From assembly GCF_006345805.1 (NCBI RefSeq), contig NC_043003.1, positions 70,122,001 through 70,186,000 on the forward strand: a stretch of 64,000 bases of DNA, read 5' to 3'. Shown piece after piece: positions 13,660-26,130 of the stretch. Below the pieces are notes generated by a model. That model did no database searches. It worked only from the letters and a program-made list of their open reading frames with translations, and was not told the DNA's origin. Numbering within the stretch: the stretch's first letter is position 1; the number at the start of each line of letters is the position of its first letter. Source of the DNA: Octopus sinensis (taxonomy: Eukaryota). Both the position numbers and the translations under genes were made by a program.

Positions 13660-13880
13660 CCCTTTAATGTTTAAACCGGCCAAATCCGGCCCAATATATT
13701 CTACATGTTTTATATTCAAACTGGCGATATCTAGCCTCTCACTCCTAACCTACAATGCCATTCTGAAAATAAACAATCACATCATTGAAACCTCAAAGCT
13801 ATAAGATAATGCATGATTAATTCAAAACAATTTGAGAAAAAAAGTATTATATTTAACAGAGTATTCTGAACACTAAAGGG
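13660..13880. mobile_element. piggyBac-type MITE with TTAA target duplication (other copies 44043-44262; split copies 34870-35375 and 50798-51428)
   Basis: TTAA|CCCTTTAATGTT...AACACTAAAGGG|TTAA. Confidence 0.85.
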
Positions 13881-16800
13881 TTAAGTCTATGCGAGATGGT
13901 TATACTATATCCATATAAGCATATAAATATTTGTGTATATGTATATGTGCATGTGTGCACATAGATAAATGTGTATGTAACTGTACACATCTCTATTCTT
14001 TCTGATTCTTGGCTTATAATTAATATATAGATAGCATGTTTAACTTTCCAGTTATTCCATAAGTAAATGCCCTGAGCAGTCTTTATAGAAACTACCTAAT
14101 AAGTAATTAATTAAGTACATAAACAAATATTAAATTGATTCTATGTAATCTTTCATTTTTAATGTTGATAATTGGTATATACACACACATTTTACCTATT
14201 TTGGTTATGATATCATTTTTGATAATCTTAAATTTTATTTTTATACAACATAACAATATTGTTTTTAAACAATCACCCATAGTACTCCATTTTCTCTGTA
14301 TTGACATCATAGGTTTTATTAGCGTCTTGCCCCTTTAACTGGTAATTAACGTCAGGATTTAGAGTCTTCCCTTACCCAGCCTTCTTTTATAGACAGTTAC
14401 TCTATATTTAATTTACTGCTCCTAATGTCTTGACAATATTTATGACCATACCTAGCTGTCAACTCAATCTTGCCCTTCATTCTAAACAGACACAGTCAGC
14501 TAGTAGTTGATAAAAAGACAAATAAATTAGAAATGAACCACAATCCTTTACAAGCTATGACCCCAGTGGACTTCATGCCTTTCTTGGAAGTGTAGTCGAT
14601 CCTTAACTACAATAGTGACAACATGGATTTCTTCCATCTTCTTGCTCTGTTACAGTATTTGAGAAAAATTATATTAATGTGGTCAACTGATTAAAATTTT
14701 ATTTATTTGTTAAGCTGATGATAGCTCTGCATTTAAATTGATGTAATGATTGTATTGTTCAATTAAATGGAGCCACTTGAAACGGTTGTACTGCATCACC
14801 TCTTGATATCCTGTTATTTATTTTGATTTTATTCACCTTACTATGAGCTGTGTGGATAATACCGGACTGACTTGGTGCTCAAACTTTAGTACCTAATTCA
14901 ACTGATTCTCAATTATATGTATATATATGTATATGACAGGCTTCTTTCAGTTTCCATCTACTAAATCCACTCACAAGGCTGTGGTCAGCCTAAGGCTATA
15001 GTAGAAGACACTTGACCCCGTATATATATATATAGGCACAGGAGCTGTGCGGTAAGCAGCTTGCTTCCTAACCACATGGTTTGGTGTGGATCCTTGGGCA
15101 AGTGTCTTCTACTAGAGCCTTGGGCGACCAAAGCCTTGAGTGGATTTGGTAGACAGAAACTGAAAGAAGCCCATTGTGTATGTATATAATCATCATCATC
15201 ATTGTTTAACGTCTGCTTTCCATGCTAGCATGGGTTGGACGATTTGACTGAGAAGTGGCGAACCAGATGGCTGCACTAGGCTCCAATCTTGATCTAGCAG
15301 AGTTTCTACAGCTGGATGCCCTTCCTAATGCCAATATATATACATATATATATATATATGTGTGTGTTTGTGTGTGTGTGTGTATGTATGTATTTGCGTG
15401 TGTGTGTTGTTCCTGCCACCATTGCTTGACAACCAATGTTGGTGTGTTTACATCCTTGTAACTTAGCAGTTTGGCAAAGGAGACCAATAGAATAAGTACT
15501 AGGCTTGCAAAGAATAAGTCCTGGGGTCGATTTGCTCAACTAAAGGCAGTGCTCCAGCATGGCTACAGTCAAATGACTAAAACAAGTAAAAGAGTAAAAG
15601 AGAGAACCCATGCCAGCATGGAAAACGGATGTTAATCAATGATGATGATGCTAATGCTGATAATATATTGGTCCTTGTTGAGTATAATCATCATCATTGT
15701 TTAACGTCCGCTTTCCATGCTAGCATGGGTTGGATGATTTGACTGAGGACTGGCGAACCAGATGGCTGCACCAGGCTCCAATCTTGATCTGGCAAGATAG
15801 AGTATTTCCAGAGAGCACTCACCCTAAATTCTGAGCTATCAAAACTACCAGATTCCAAACTATCACCGAAATTCTTTAAGTGAAGAACATCCTGGTTTCA
15901 TGATGGTAACATCGTTGTGTGGGTGTGGAAAAGACTAAACTATATTCCAATTAATAAGACAAAAACATTCTTTAACACATCTTTAATGATTCATTACAAT
16001 TGTCTCTGTAGCAACTCTGCTTGCAACGCCAGTTTACTTAAAAAATCAAAGTAAAAATTTATGTAATGTTTGCAGTTTTAGACATTAGAGTGTTACTTCA
16101 TTAGATTTGCATCAAAGATGTGCTGTCATATATTATTTGGATTATATATATATATATACACATACATATATATATATATACACATATATATATGTATATA
16201 TATACATATATATATGTATATATATATATATATATGTGTGTGTGTGCATGCTCTTGTCTAGACATCGTGAGATGGTTGTAAATGAGAATCATTGTTATAC
16301 AAGCATTGTTGTTTGTTTCCAGTCTTCCCTGTCTGGCCATGGGGAAATAGTACCTTGCTTGGAAACCAGGACTGTGGAGTTGAAACGAAAAACTTCAACT
16401 CCAACTTAACTAGTCTTTCCAGTACTCAACAGGTATATATATCAGTATATATATGTATGTACACACACACACACACACACACAATACTGATTTTTAAGAC
16501 ATAGACAGGATGCTTGACAAATTTACAAAGAAGGGTGGTGGAAATGGGTAAATCACGACATCTGTTTCCAGAGCATTATTGGTGTACAAAAGCATAGATC
16601 GACTCTGACTCCTCTTTATGTAAGTGATTGATTGTGGTCTACATATCTCATAAAGCATAAGAATACGCTTGTACTTTGAGTAGGCCTTTATGTTATAACT
16701 GGTTTATATGAAAGAATAAAGATAGTGTGAACCAGAGTCGGTGTAGTTTTATCGACTCTGACTCCAGCTACCCCTTAATTTTTTCCAACTCTGACTCCAC

Positions 16801-16969
16801 TGTCCTGTTGGAAACGGTGAGGGTTGGTGACAGGAAAGGCATTTTGATGTATTAATTGAAAATCTTTGCCTCAACAAATTCCACCTGACCCATGCAAACA
16901 TGGAGAAGTGGATGTTAAATGATGATGATGGTGTCTGCTATTTTCTCTCTGCACATAATTATTCCCATT

Positions 16970-17270
16970 CAGATTCTCATGACTTCAGGAAACATTTTTT
17001 CACGCTGAGAGTTGCTGAAGCATGGAACAAACTGCCGGCATCAGTTGTTAGTTGTCAGAGCACTGCATCCTTCAAAACTTCCATGCTTCCTGAGATTCAC
17101 CAACACTACACTTGATTTTCTCCCCTCCATACACACGCAAGCATGTATCTGACTCATACATTGTTCGCTTTCCAGACATTTCTACATTACTGCATGTACT
17201 TTATATGCACTTTCTGACAAGATGTGGTGCACCTGAGCACTGTATACAATAATTTCATTATTATAATTAT
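16970..17270 (+). mobile_element. CR1/L2-type LINE 3' end
   Basis: RKHFFTLRVAEAWNKLPASVVSCQSTASFK (track ORF 16900..17115) followed by a 3' UTR and ATT tail. Confidence 0.8.
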
Positions 17271-17662
17271 TATATATTAACACTTAACACAACTCAGTAG
17301 TCACAGTTGGAAGTCAAGCTCATGAATAAATGAGTTTAACTTGGCACATCACACTGATAACGCACTCATTAATTTTACTACACTCCCACTATTTACAGCA
17401 TTGAATGAAGTATACCACTCTACCACTATACGTTGAGTGTTACTCATCTTGATCTCATCTACAACACTATGTTCGTCACAGGATACAAAACCCCTGACCT
17501 TTCAGCCAGTTGTCCAATACCCTCTGGCTTGGTGATCTATGCTTTCATACACCAATAATAATCTGGAAATAGATTTGTCATAATTTACCCATCTCCACCA
17601 CCCTTCTTTGTAAATTTGTCAAGCATCCTGTCTATGTCTTAAAAATCAGTAGTGCGTGTGCA

Positions 17663-17729
<67 letters not shown>

Positions 17730-19374
17730 GTGCGTGCATGTGTGTGTATATATATGTATACCTGTTGGGGACTGGAAAGACGGGTTCAGTTTGACTGGTG
17801 AGTGATTATCTCTGCAAATCTGTTGGATGGACTTGGTGAAAGAAATAGATTTCTGATTGGCTTGATTGTGGTACAGATTTTTTTTTTATACCTTTATTGT
17901 TAATTGCAGGTATTACCAGTTAACACACTGCTATAACAGCAGCAGCAATAGCAACAATAACAATAATAATGATAACAATAAGCAAAGATAAATTATTTTC
18001 TGATAGTCAAAGTAGTAGAGTACTGCATTAAGTGTCTAATTGCATGTAATCATCTTCATCATCATCATTTTCATCATCATCATCATCATTGTCATTGTCA
18101 TCTTCATCATTAGCACCACCATTATCTTCATCATCATCCTCATCATCATCATTTTAACTTACAATTTTCTATGCTAGCATGGGTTGGACAGGATTTGTTG
18201 AGGCACATTTTCTATGGCAAAGTTGCCCTTACTGTTGCCAGCTCTAGCTGGTTTTCAAGCAAGGTTACATTTTTGTCTTCCCATGACCAAACACTGCTTG
18301 CAAGATGGTAACATTTCTTTACAACTGTCATGGCAAGGAGATAAGCAAAACACACACACACACACACACAACTCCACACCCCCCACATGAAAATGTGCTT
18401 CAACACTGTTTCTACTAATTCCATTCACAATAGAGCCATGCCTCTGCTGGTGCCATGCACAAAGCACCCACATCATGTAGATGTCACCTATAAAGCCCCC
18501 ATGCTGGTTCCACATATAAAGCACCCAGTACACTCTGTACAGTGATTGACATTAGGAAGGGCATCCAGCCATAGAAACCATTCCAAAACAGACAATTGGA
18601 GCTAGGTGCTGCTCTCTGGCTTAGTGGTTTGGCAATTGAGACTATCGGGCTTAAAAAAAAACAAGCACTGACTAAAATTCTTCAAGGTGGTGCCCCAGCA
18701 TGGCCACAATCTAATGACTGAAACAAATAATAGGTAAAAGGTACATAAAAGTAGAGACAATTCCAAATAGTACAGATAATAAACTGATGAGTTCAGAATA
18801 AAGTTGGATATAAAACAGATTGATGTTAATGGAGGTTTATTAGTGAAAGAAAGTTTAGCCAAAGTTAAAGGAGGATACAAGGTGTAAGTCTGGTGCTTAT
18901 TGTACCAGCTGTTTTTGCTGAACCATTAGGTCATGGGGACGTAAACACACCAACACCAGTTGTCAAGCAGTGGGAGGAACAGACACACACACACACAATG
19001 GGCTTCTTTCAGTTTCCATCTACCAAATCTACTCAAGGCTTTAGTTGACCCAAGGCTATAGTAGAAGACACTTGTCCAAAGTGCCATGCAATGGGATGGA
19101 ACCCAGAACCATGTGGTTGGGAAGCCAGCTTCTTACCAGACAGCCATGCCTGTGCCTATCTATATGAAATTAATAATAATCTCAATAGTGGTGGAAGTCC
19201 TTCCGGTAAAGATCAAGGCTTCATATATCTGTTTGGTGGATTGCAACAGAGCCATTGATCAAAAGAACCAGTCAGTGCAGAAGATGTTGTTGTTGTTGCT
19301 GTTGCTGTTGCTGCTGCTGCTGCGGCTGCTGCTGCTGTTGATGTTGTTATCATCATCATCATCATCATTATTCT

Positions 19375-19454
19375 GGTCGCAGGCATATGGCGGCATAGTG
19401 GTTAAGAGCACAGGCTACTAACCCCAAGATTCCAAGTTCAATTCCAAGCAGTGA

Positions 19455-19499
<45 letters not shown>

Positions 19500-19668
19500 C
19501 ATCAAAAAATACCTTAGGAAAGAGAACCCAGGTTTGAAATTTCCCCAAGATACCTGATGAAGGCTGGAGGGTATATCAGCCGTAAAATAAAGAGATGAGG
19601 ACAATATCTGTTAAATGTAAATAATGTAAATAATGTACATAATTCCTCATCTCTTAAATATAGAACTG
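19375..19668 (+). mobile_element. tRNA-headed SINE with (AAT)n linker and decayed hammerhead tail
   Basis: A-box-like TGGCGGCATAGTGG (19388-19401) and B-box GTTCAATTCC (19436-19445), then (AAT)n and the same body as 4209-4388, with CTGATGA at 19554-19560. GAAA is disrupted. Confidence 0.7.
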
Positions 19669-22339
19669 TAATAACTAAATGATTTGTTTTTTTAAATGTG
19701 TATTCATTAAATTACTTAGTCATAACATAAATCCTTTGGTAAAGCTCTTAATCCTACTTTTTTTTGAGACAATACAACCCTATAATCACATCCATCTATG
19801 CTACCTTATGCTACCTGAGACATAACTAACTGCTAGTTTAATAAACTATATCTGTTTTGTTTGTTAAAAGCTAAGCACAATACTTAATGCTTTAAAGACA
19901 GACAGAAAAGGAGATATCAAAGAGAGTGAATGGAGTAGAAAAGCATTATATATTTTCTTTATTTTGGTTTTTTTTCTCCTTTGTTATAATTGTTAAAAAA
20001 ATTCAGTCAAGTCCATTGAATGTCTTGCACTTTAGATATTTAACAAGCTTCAGTCTGGCTGGTGAGGGGAATCTTATTGTATGCACACTTCTCCATACAT
20101 TGGTTCATTGTATGACACACATAGGGGCAATTAGAGCATGTTATATTCTTCTTGCAATGAAGACTCATGGCTCAGTGGTTAGGGATTCAGCTCATGAGCT
20201 TAAGGTCATGAGTTCAATTTCTGGTGGGGCATTGTGTCCTTGTGCAAGACACTTTATTTCACATTGCTCAGTCTATTCAGCTGGCAAAAGTGAGTAGGTG
20301 TAGGAGTGGCTGTGTGGTAAGTAGCTTGCTTACAAACCACATGGTTCCGGGTTCAGTCCCACTGCATGGCACCTTGGGCAAGTGTCTTCTACTATAGCCT
20401 TGGGCCAAACAAAGCCTTGTGAGTGGATTTGGTAGACAGAAACTGAAAGAAGCCTGTTGTATGTATATATATATGTATGTGTGTGTATATGTTTGTGTGT
20501 CTGTGTTTGTCCCCCCCCCCAACATCGCTTGACAAATGATGCTGGTGTGTTTATGTCCCTGTAACTTAGCGGTTCAGCAAAAGAGACTGATAGATTAAGT
20601 ACTAGGCTTACAAAGAATAAGTCCTGGGGTCGATTTGCTTGACTAAAGGCGGTGCTCCAGCATGGCCACAGTCAAATGACTGAAACGAGTAAAAAGAGAA
20701 AAGAGTACCTGTATTTCAAAGGGCCAGCCTTGTCATATTCTGTGTCATGCTGAATCTCCCTGGGGACTACATTAAGGATGCACATGCCTTTGGAGTGCTC
20801 AGCCACTTGCACATTAATTTCATGAGCAGGCTGTTCCATTGATTGAATGATCTGGAACACTTATCATAAACGATGGAGTCCCAGTACACTCTTCTTGGTG
20901 CTTGAAGGATTTAGTGGGGTTCACATCAAAGAAGTAATTCTTCCCCTCCTTGGAACTTTCCAGGAAGTAATTCCTCCCCTCCTCTCCTTCCTCCTCTTCC
21001 TCGGAACTTTACATTGGTCTACTGCTAGTCTCATGACTTGAACGTAACCTAAAATAGCTAAGATAATGCACAGGATGGCGAGCATGCACACCTCAAGTGA
21101 TAAAGTACACGATAGCGAATGTAAACATATGTCAGTCGCTAAAAAGTCTGTGATAGGTGTAGGGCAGCTCTACATCGTATATTTACATTAACCGCGGGTA
21201 GGCAAGCAAAAGTGTGATTGCATATTTGCAATTATCTTCCTCTTTTTCTCCATCTCTATAACTGAGACGACCACCACCTTTGAGTAATACTTTTTCTCTT
21301 CAGATATCACAAGAAGAAAAAAGAAACAAAGTGAAAATTTACTTGTAAAAAATTGAAAACTATATTTCTTGGAAAAGATATCTCTGTTGAGGAACCACAG
21401 AAAGGCTCTCTCTCTCTCTCATTGGCATGTACAGTGCTAGCATGGCTTACAATCCTGATTTGTATGTACCCTGTTATGGTACTTATCTAGACCCAGCAGG
21501 TAGTGAAGAGAGAAGTGTCATTACTTGCTATGGATGCAACAAAATGTTGATCATGGCACTCTGTCGGTTATGACGACAAGGGTTCCAGTTGATCCGATCA
21601 ATGGAAGAGCCCACTTATGAAATTAATGTGTAAGTGCAAGTGGCTGAGCATTCCACAGACACGTGTACCCTTAACTTAGTTCTTGGGGAGATTCAGCATG
21701 ACACAGAGGTGTGACAAGGCTGGCCCTTTGAAATACAGGTTCAACAGAAACAGGAAGAAAGAGTGAGAGAAAGTTGAGGTGAAAGAGTACAGCAGGGTTC
21801 ACTACCATCCCCTGTCAGAGCCTCGTGGAGCTTTAGGTGTTTTCGCTCAATAAACACTCACAACGCCCGGTCTGGGAATCGAAACCGCGATCCTATGACT
21901 GCAAGTCCACTGCTCTAACCACTGGGCCATTTTGCCTTCACATAAAAATGCTGATAATAGAATAGGAACAGCCAACCAATTGATGGCTAGTTGTTGCTTG
22001 TTCAATACTTTTGTTATTCAATGCTTTTAAAGTCATAAAATGTTTCTTTTGTTTATTTATTAGATGGAGTAGTATAATAAATAGAGTCAATCGATTGACC
22101 TTTTGTGATTAGAAGTATCCATGTATCTATAATAATAATAATAATCTTTTTCTTTACTACCCAGAAGAGGTTAAACACAGTGGGGACAAACAAGGACAGA
22201 CAAACGGATCAAGTCAATTACATCGACCCCAGTGCATTAAAATAATAATAATAATTGATTTCAAAGACTGGGAGAAAGGGATGGGAGTGAGGTTGTGGTA
22301 TTCTTACTTTATTTAAGGGAATTAAAAGTGTAAGTGAAA

Positions 22340-24075
22340 TAGTTTTAACTGGAAATAAGGTTCAGTCCTCAGCCCCCTCCTATTTATCCTAGTCCTCCAG
22401 GCAATAACGGAGGAATTCAAGACAGGATGCCTCTGGGAGCTCCTCTATGCCGATGACCTTGCTCTAATTACTGAGTCACTATCAGAACTAGAGGAGAAGT
22501 TTCAAGTGTGGAAACAAGGATTAGAACCGAAGGGCCTTAGAATCAACCTAGCTAAAACCAAAGTCCTAATAAGTAGGAAGGCAGGTAAACCACAAATCCC
22601 TTCAGGTAGATGGCCCTGCTCGATCTGTAGTAGAGGCATAGGTAGAAACTCTATAAGATGTACCCCGTGTAAGCTATGGACACATAAGAGATGCAGTAAT
22701 ATCAAAGGAAGGCTAACTGGGAAGATAGATTTTTGTATGTGGCAGATGTTCGGGAGCAATAAACACTGAAAATGCGCAGAGACCAACTTCCACCACATTC
22801 CAGGGAGAAAAACTAGAAGTAGTTGATAGCTTCCATTACCTAGGTGACCAAGTCAGTAGCAGAGGAAGGTGCGCTGAAAGTGTAGGTGTTAGAATAAGAA
22901 TAGCTTGGGCAAAGTTCAGAGAGCTCTTACCTCTGCTGGTGACAAAGGGCCTCTTGCTCAGAGTAAAAGGTAGACTGTATGACGCTTGTGTACAAACAGC
23001 CATGCTACATGGCAGGGAAACATGGGCTGTGACTGCTGAGGATATGTGTAAGCTTGCAAGGAATGAAGCCAGTATGATCCGATGGATGTGTAATGTCAGT
23101 GTGCATACTTGACAGAGTGTAAGTACCTTGAGAGAAAAGTTGGACCTAAGAAGCATTAGATGTGGTGTGCAAGAGAGATGACTGCACTGGTATGGTCATG
23201 TGGCGAGAATGGATGAGGATAGCTGTGTGAAAAAGTATCACACCCTAGTGGTTGAGGGAACCTGTGGAGGAGGTAGACTCAGGAAGACCTGGGATGAAGT
23301 GGTGAAGCACGACCTTCGAACATTAGGCCTCACCAAGGAAATGACTAGCGACTGAGACTTTTGGAAATATGCTGTGCTTGAGAAGACCCGGCAAGCCAAA
23401 TTAGACCATAATCTGTGGCCTATGCCAGGAGCGTAACCAGCCCGCTTATGCATACCTTTTCCTTCTTTGGTCACTAAACTCTACTTGCGAAGACCTGTTG
23501 AGGCAAGTGAAATCAAAATCAAAATCAAATCCGATGACTGGCATCTGTGCTAGTGGGGTGCAAAGAGCACCATACGAGTGTGATCATTGACAGAGCGGCT
23601 AACCGGCTTCCGTGCCAGTGGAACATAAAAGGGCACCATTCGAGTGTGACTGTTACCAGCATTGCCTTACTGGCACTTGTGCCCATGCTAGTAGGATGCC
23701 AAGAGCACCTTCTGAGCGTGATCGTTGCCAGAGCAGCCAACTGGCTTCTGTGCCAGTGGCATGTAAAAGAGCACCGTTCGAGTGTGATTGTTACCAACGT
23801 CGCCTTACTGGCACCTGTGCCAGTGGCATGTGTAAAAGGATTTGAGCGAGGTCATTGCCAGTACCGCCTGACTGGCCCTCGTGCCTGTGGCATGTAAAAA
23901 GCACCCACTACACTCTCGGAGTGGTTGGCATTAGGAAGGGCATCCAGCTGTAGAAACTCTGCCAGAACAAGATTGGAGCCTGGTGCAGCCATCTGGTTCA
24001 CCAGCCCCTCAGTCAAAATCGTCCAACCCATGCTAGCATGGAAAGCGGACTTTAAACGATGATGATGATGATGAA
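22340..24075 (+). mobile_element. 5'-truncated RTE-clade LINE: RT C-terminus, Cys/His-rich insert, 3' UTR with tandem units and (GAT)n tail
   Basis: LLYADDLAL (~22438), WKQGLEPKGLRINLAKTKVL, CSICSRGIGRNSIRCTPCKLWTHKRC, YLGDQVS, WYGHVARM and GR.RKTWDEVV; stops and frameshifts present. Confidence 0.9.
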
Positions 24076-24203
24076 TCTGATATTGCGATTTTAACACAGC
24101 ACATCTATAAGAGATGTATCAGAACAAATACTGCAGTAACTGGCCTATGAACAGTGTATATACATTAAGTATAATACATAGATGACTATACACTACATTA
24201 AGT

Positions 24204-24453
24204 CAATGATTCTCAACCCTTTTTCCCTATGGACCCCTTTGATTCTTATTTTATTCTACTGGACCTCCATAGTAATTCAATGTTTAAAAATTCCTATTAT
24301 TTTATAATTAAATATTATTAATAATTATATAAAAAAATTGTTAAAATATTTTATATACTGTAGAAGTTTAACCAATTTATTGCAGATAAATTTTAACAAC
24401 AAAGTCTTATAGGAACCCCTAAGGGCTGTATGGACCCTGGTGGAGAATCACAA
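24204..24453. mobile_element. hAT-like MITE
   Basis: Imperfect TIRs CAATGATTCTCAACC / GGTGGAGAATCAC with subterminal GGACCCC motifs. Confidence 0.55.
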
Positions 24454-24619
24454 CTTTATGTTATTAAAGATTTAAATATTAAGACACTGTGTTATCAATA
24501 AGCATGTAAATATAGGACTATGGTACTTATCAAACAATGGAATTTCACTTAACATAATACATTTTTACATCCAAGGAAAACAAATCAAAATCGCTGAAGC
24601 GGCCTATGATAGTACTGCC

Positions 24620-25080
24620 TGATTGGCACTTGTGCTAGTGGAACGTTAAAAGCACATCCAAGCGTGATCGTTGCCAGGGCCACGGATTGGCTCCCGTGCC
24701 GATGGCATGTGAAAAGCACCATTCAGGCATGATCGTTGCCAGCGTTGCCTTACCGCACATGTGCTGGTGGCACGTACAAAACAACATTCGAGCGTGGTCA
24801 TTGCCAGTGCCACCGGACGGGCTCCCGTGCAGGTGGCACGTAAAAAACACCTTTTGAGCATGGTTGTTGCCAGAACCGCCTGACTGGTCCTTGAGCCAGT
24901 GGTATGTAAAAGCACCCACTACACTTTCGGAGTGGTTGGCATTAGGAAGGGCATCCAGCTGTAGAAACTCTGCCATATCAGATTGGAGCCTGGTGCTGCC
25001 TCTAGTTCACCAGTCTTCAGTCAAACTGCCCAACACATGCCAGCATGGAAAGCAGATGTTAAACGATGATGATGATGCTG
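24620..25080 (+). mobile_element. RTE 3'-UTR-derived short copy, representative of many (e.g. 3530-3810, 15190-15335, 15685-15795, 29805-30290, 34995-35265, 36270-36530, 38205-38425, 39775-40305, 44790-45145, 45410-45780, 46930-47065)
   Basis: Shared GGCATTAGGAAGGGCATCCAGCTGTAGAAAC...GGAAAGCGGACGTTAAACGATGATG sequence matching the 3' end of the 22.3-24.1 kb LINE. Confidence 0.8.
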
Positions 25081-25944
25081 CTGCTGCTGCTGATGATGAT
25101 AACTGTATTTAAGATTTGCTTCTAATTTCTTCATTGACTGTTTTATAATTTCTACTCAAGAAACAGAACTGAATAAGATTAGTTAAGGACTAGAATAACA
25201 ACAATAATCCTTTCTACTGAAGGCAAAAGGTTTTGAAATTTTGGGGGAGAGGACTAGTCAATTACATAAACCCCAGTGAATCACTAGTGCTCAATTTCTT
25301 GACCCCAAAATGATGAAAGGCAAAATCGACCTCGGTGGAATTTGAGCCCAGTATGTAGCAATGGGCGAATTACCATTAAGCATTTTGTCCAGTGTGTTAA
25401 CAATTTTGCTAGCTTGCTGCCTTCAAGAATAACAACAATAAGAAGAACTGAGTGAGTTTACATAAAGAAAACTAGTAACTGGTTGAGCAATGTAATCTTT
25501 GACAGACAAGAAAATAGGAAAACAAATGCCTTTGTCTCTTTGTGCAGTGATAGAATTTGTATATTTAGGGAATCTTCAATAACGGTTGGTTTGTAGATTT
25601 GAGATGAACATGGGGTTAAATTGCACGTCAGGGTATTACAACCAAGACTGATACATTACACACACACACACACACACATATATATACATATATATAAAAC
25701 ATACAAGACTTTTATTTCTGTTTTTCCTGAGTGTAAACCTAATACCCTTTTTGTTTTTTTACTTTGTCTTTATGTTTTTTTTATTTTTGCATCGGATACA
25801 TACATACATTATATACCCCTCCACACACACAGACACATATATGCACATGCACAGGTACATATATTGATATTCGATGCAGTGAGTGCATGTGTGCATGTGT
25901 GTATACTGCCACTGCTAGTGTCTAGTATTTCCCTGCCTGCTTAC

Positions 25945-26130
25945 TTGCATTTTCTATTCTATTGATTGTCTTCACTTGAAGAATTCAATATTATCAATGT
26001 CAGATGAAACTCCCGACCGACAAAGTGCACGCAGTCTTAACGGATGATGTGCTACGTTGGATAAATTGGAGGAATCTTAAAATTCAAAATTTCCTTGTGC
26101 GCCACAGAAGACAATTACGTCAACTTAACT
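25945..26130 (-). promoter_or_regulatory. Candidate first exon/promoter of a minus-strand gene B (5' UTR + ATG CAA | GTAAGC)
   Basis: Unique CpG-retaining island with TTACGTCA (CRE-like, ~26115). The minus strand reads ...TAGAAAATGCAA|GTAAGCAGG, i.e. a start codon, one further codon and a consensus donor. Confidence 0.35.

Noticed and set aside
14270-14660. Several short protein-like minus-strand segments (MKGKIELTA, LKGQDANKTYDVNTEKMEYYG, SKKMEEIHVV..)
   Set aside because: Linking them requires introns of only 37-50 nt or inconsistent phases; no coherent model.
20900-21050. Arg-rich minus-strand ORF after an AG (YVQVMRLAVDQCKVPRKRR..)
   Set aside because: It contains an internal purine-rich duplication, does not match the phase of the upstream MQ exon, and looks repeat-derived.
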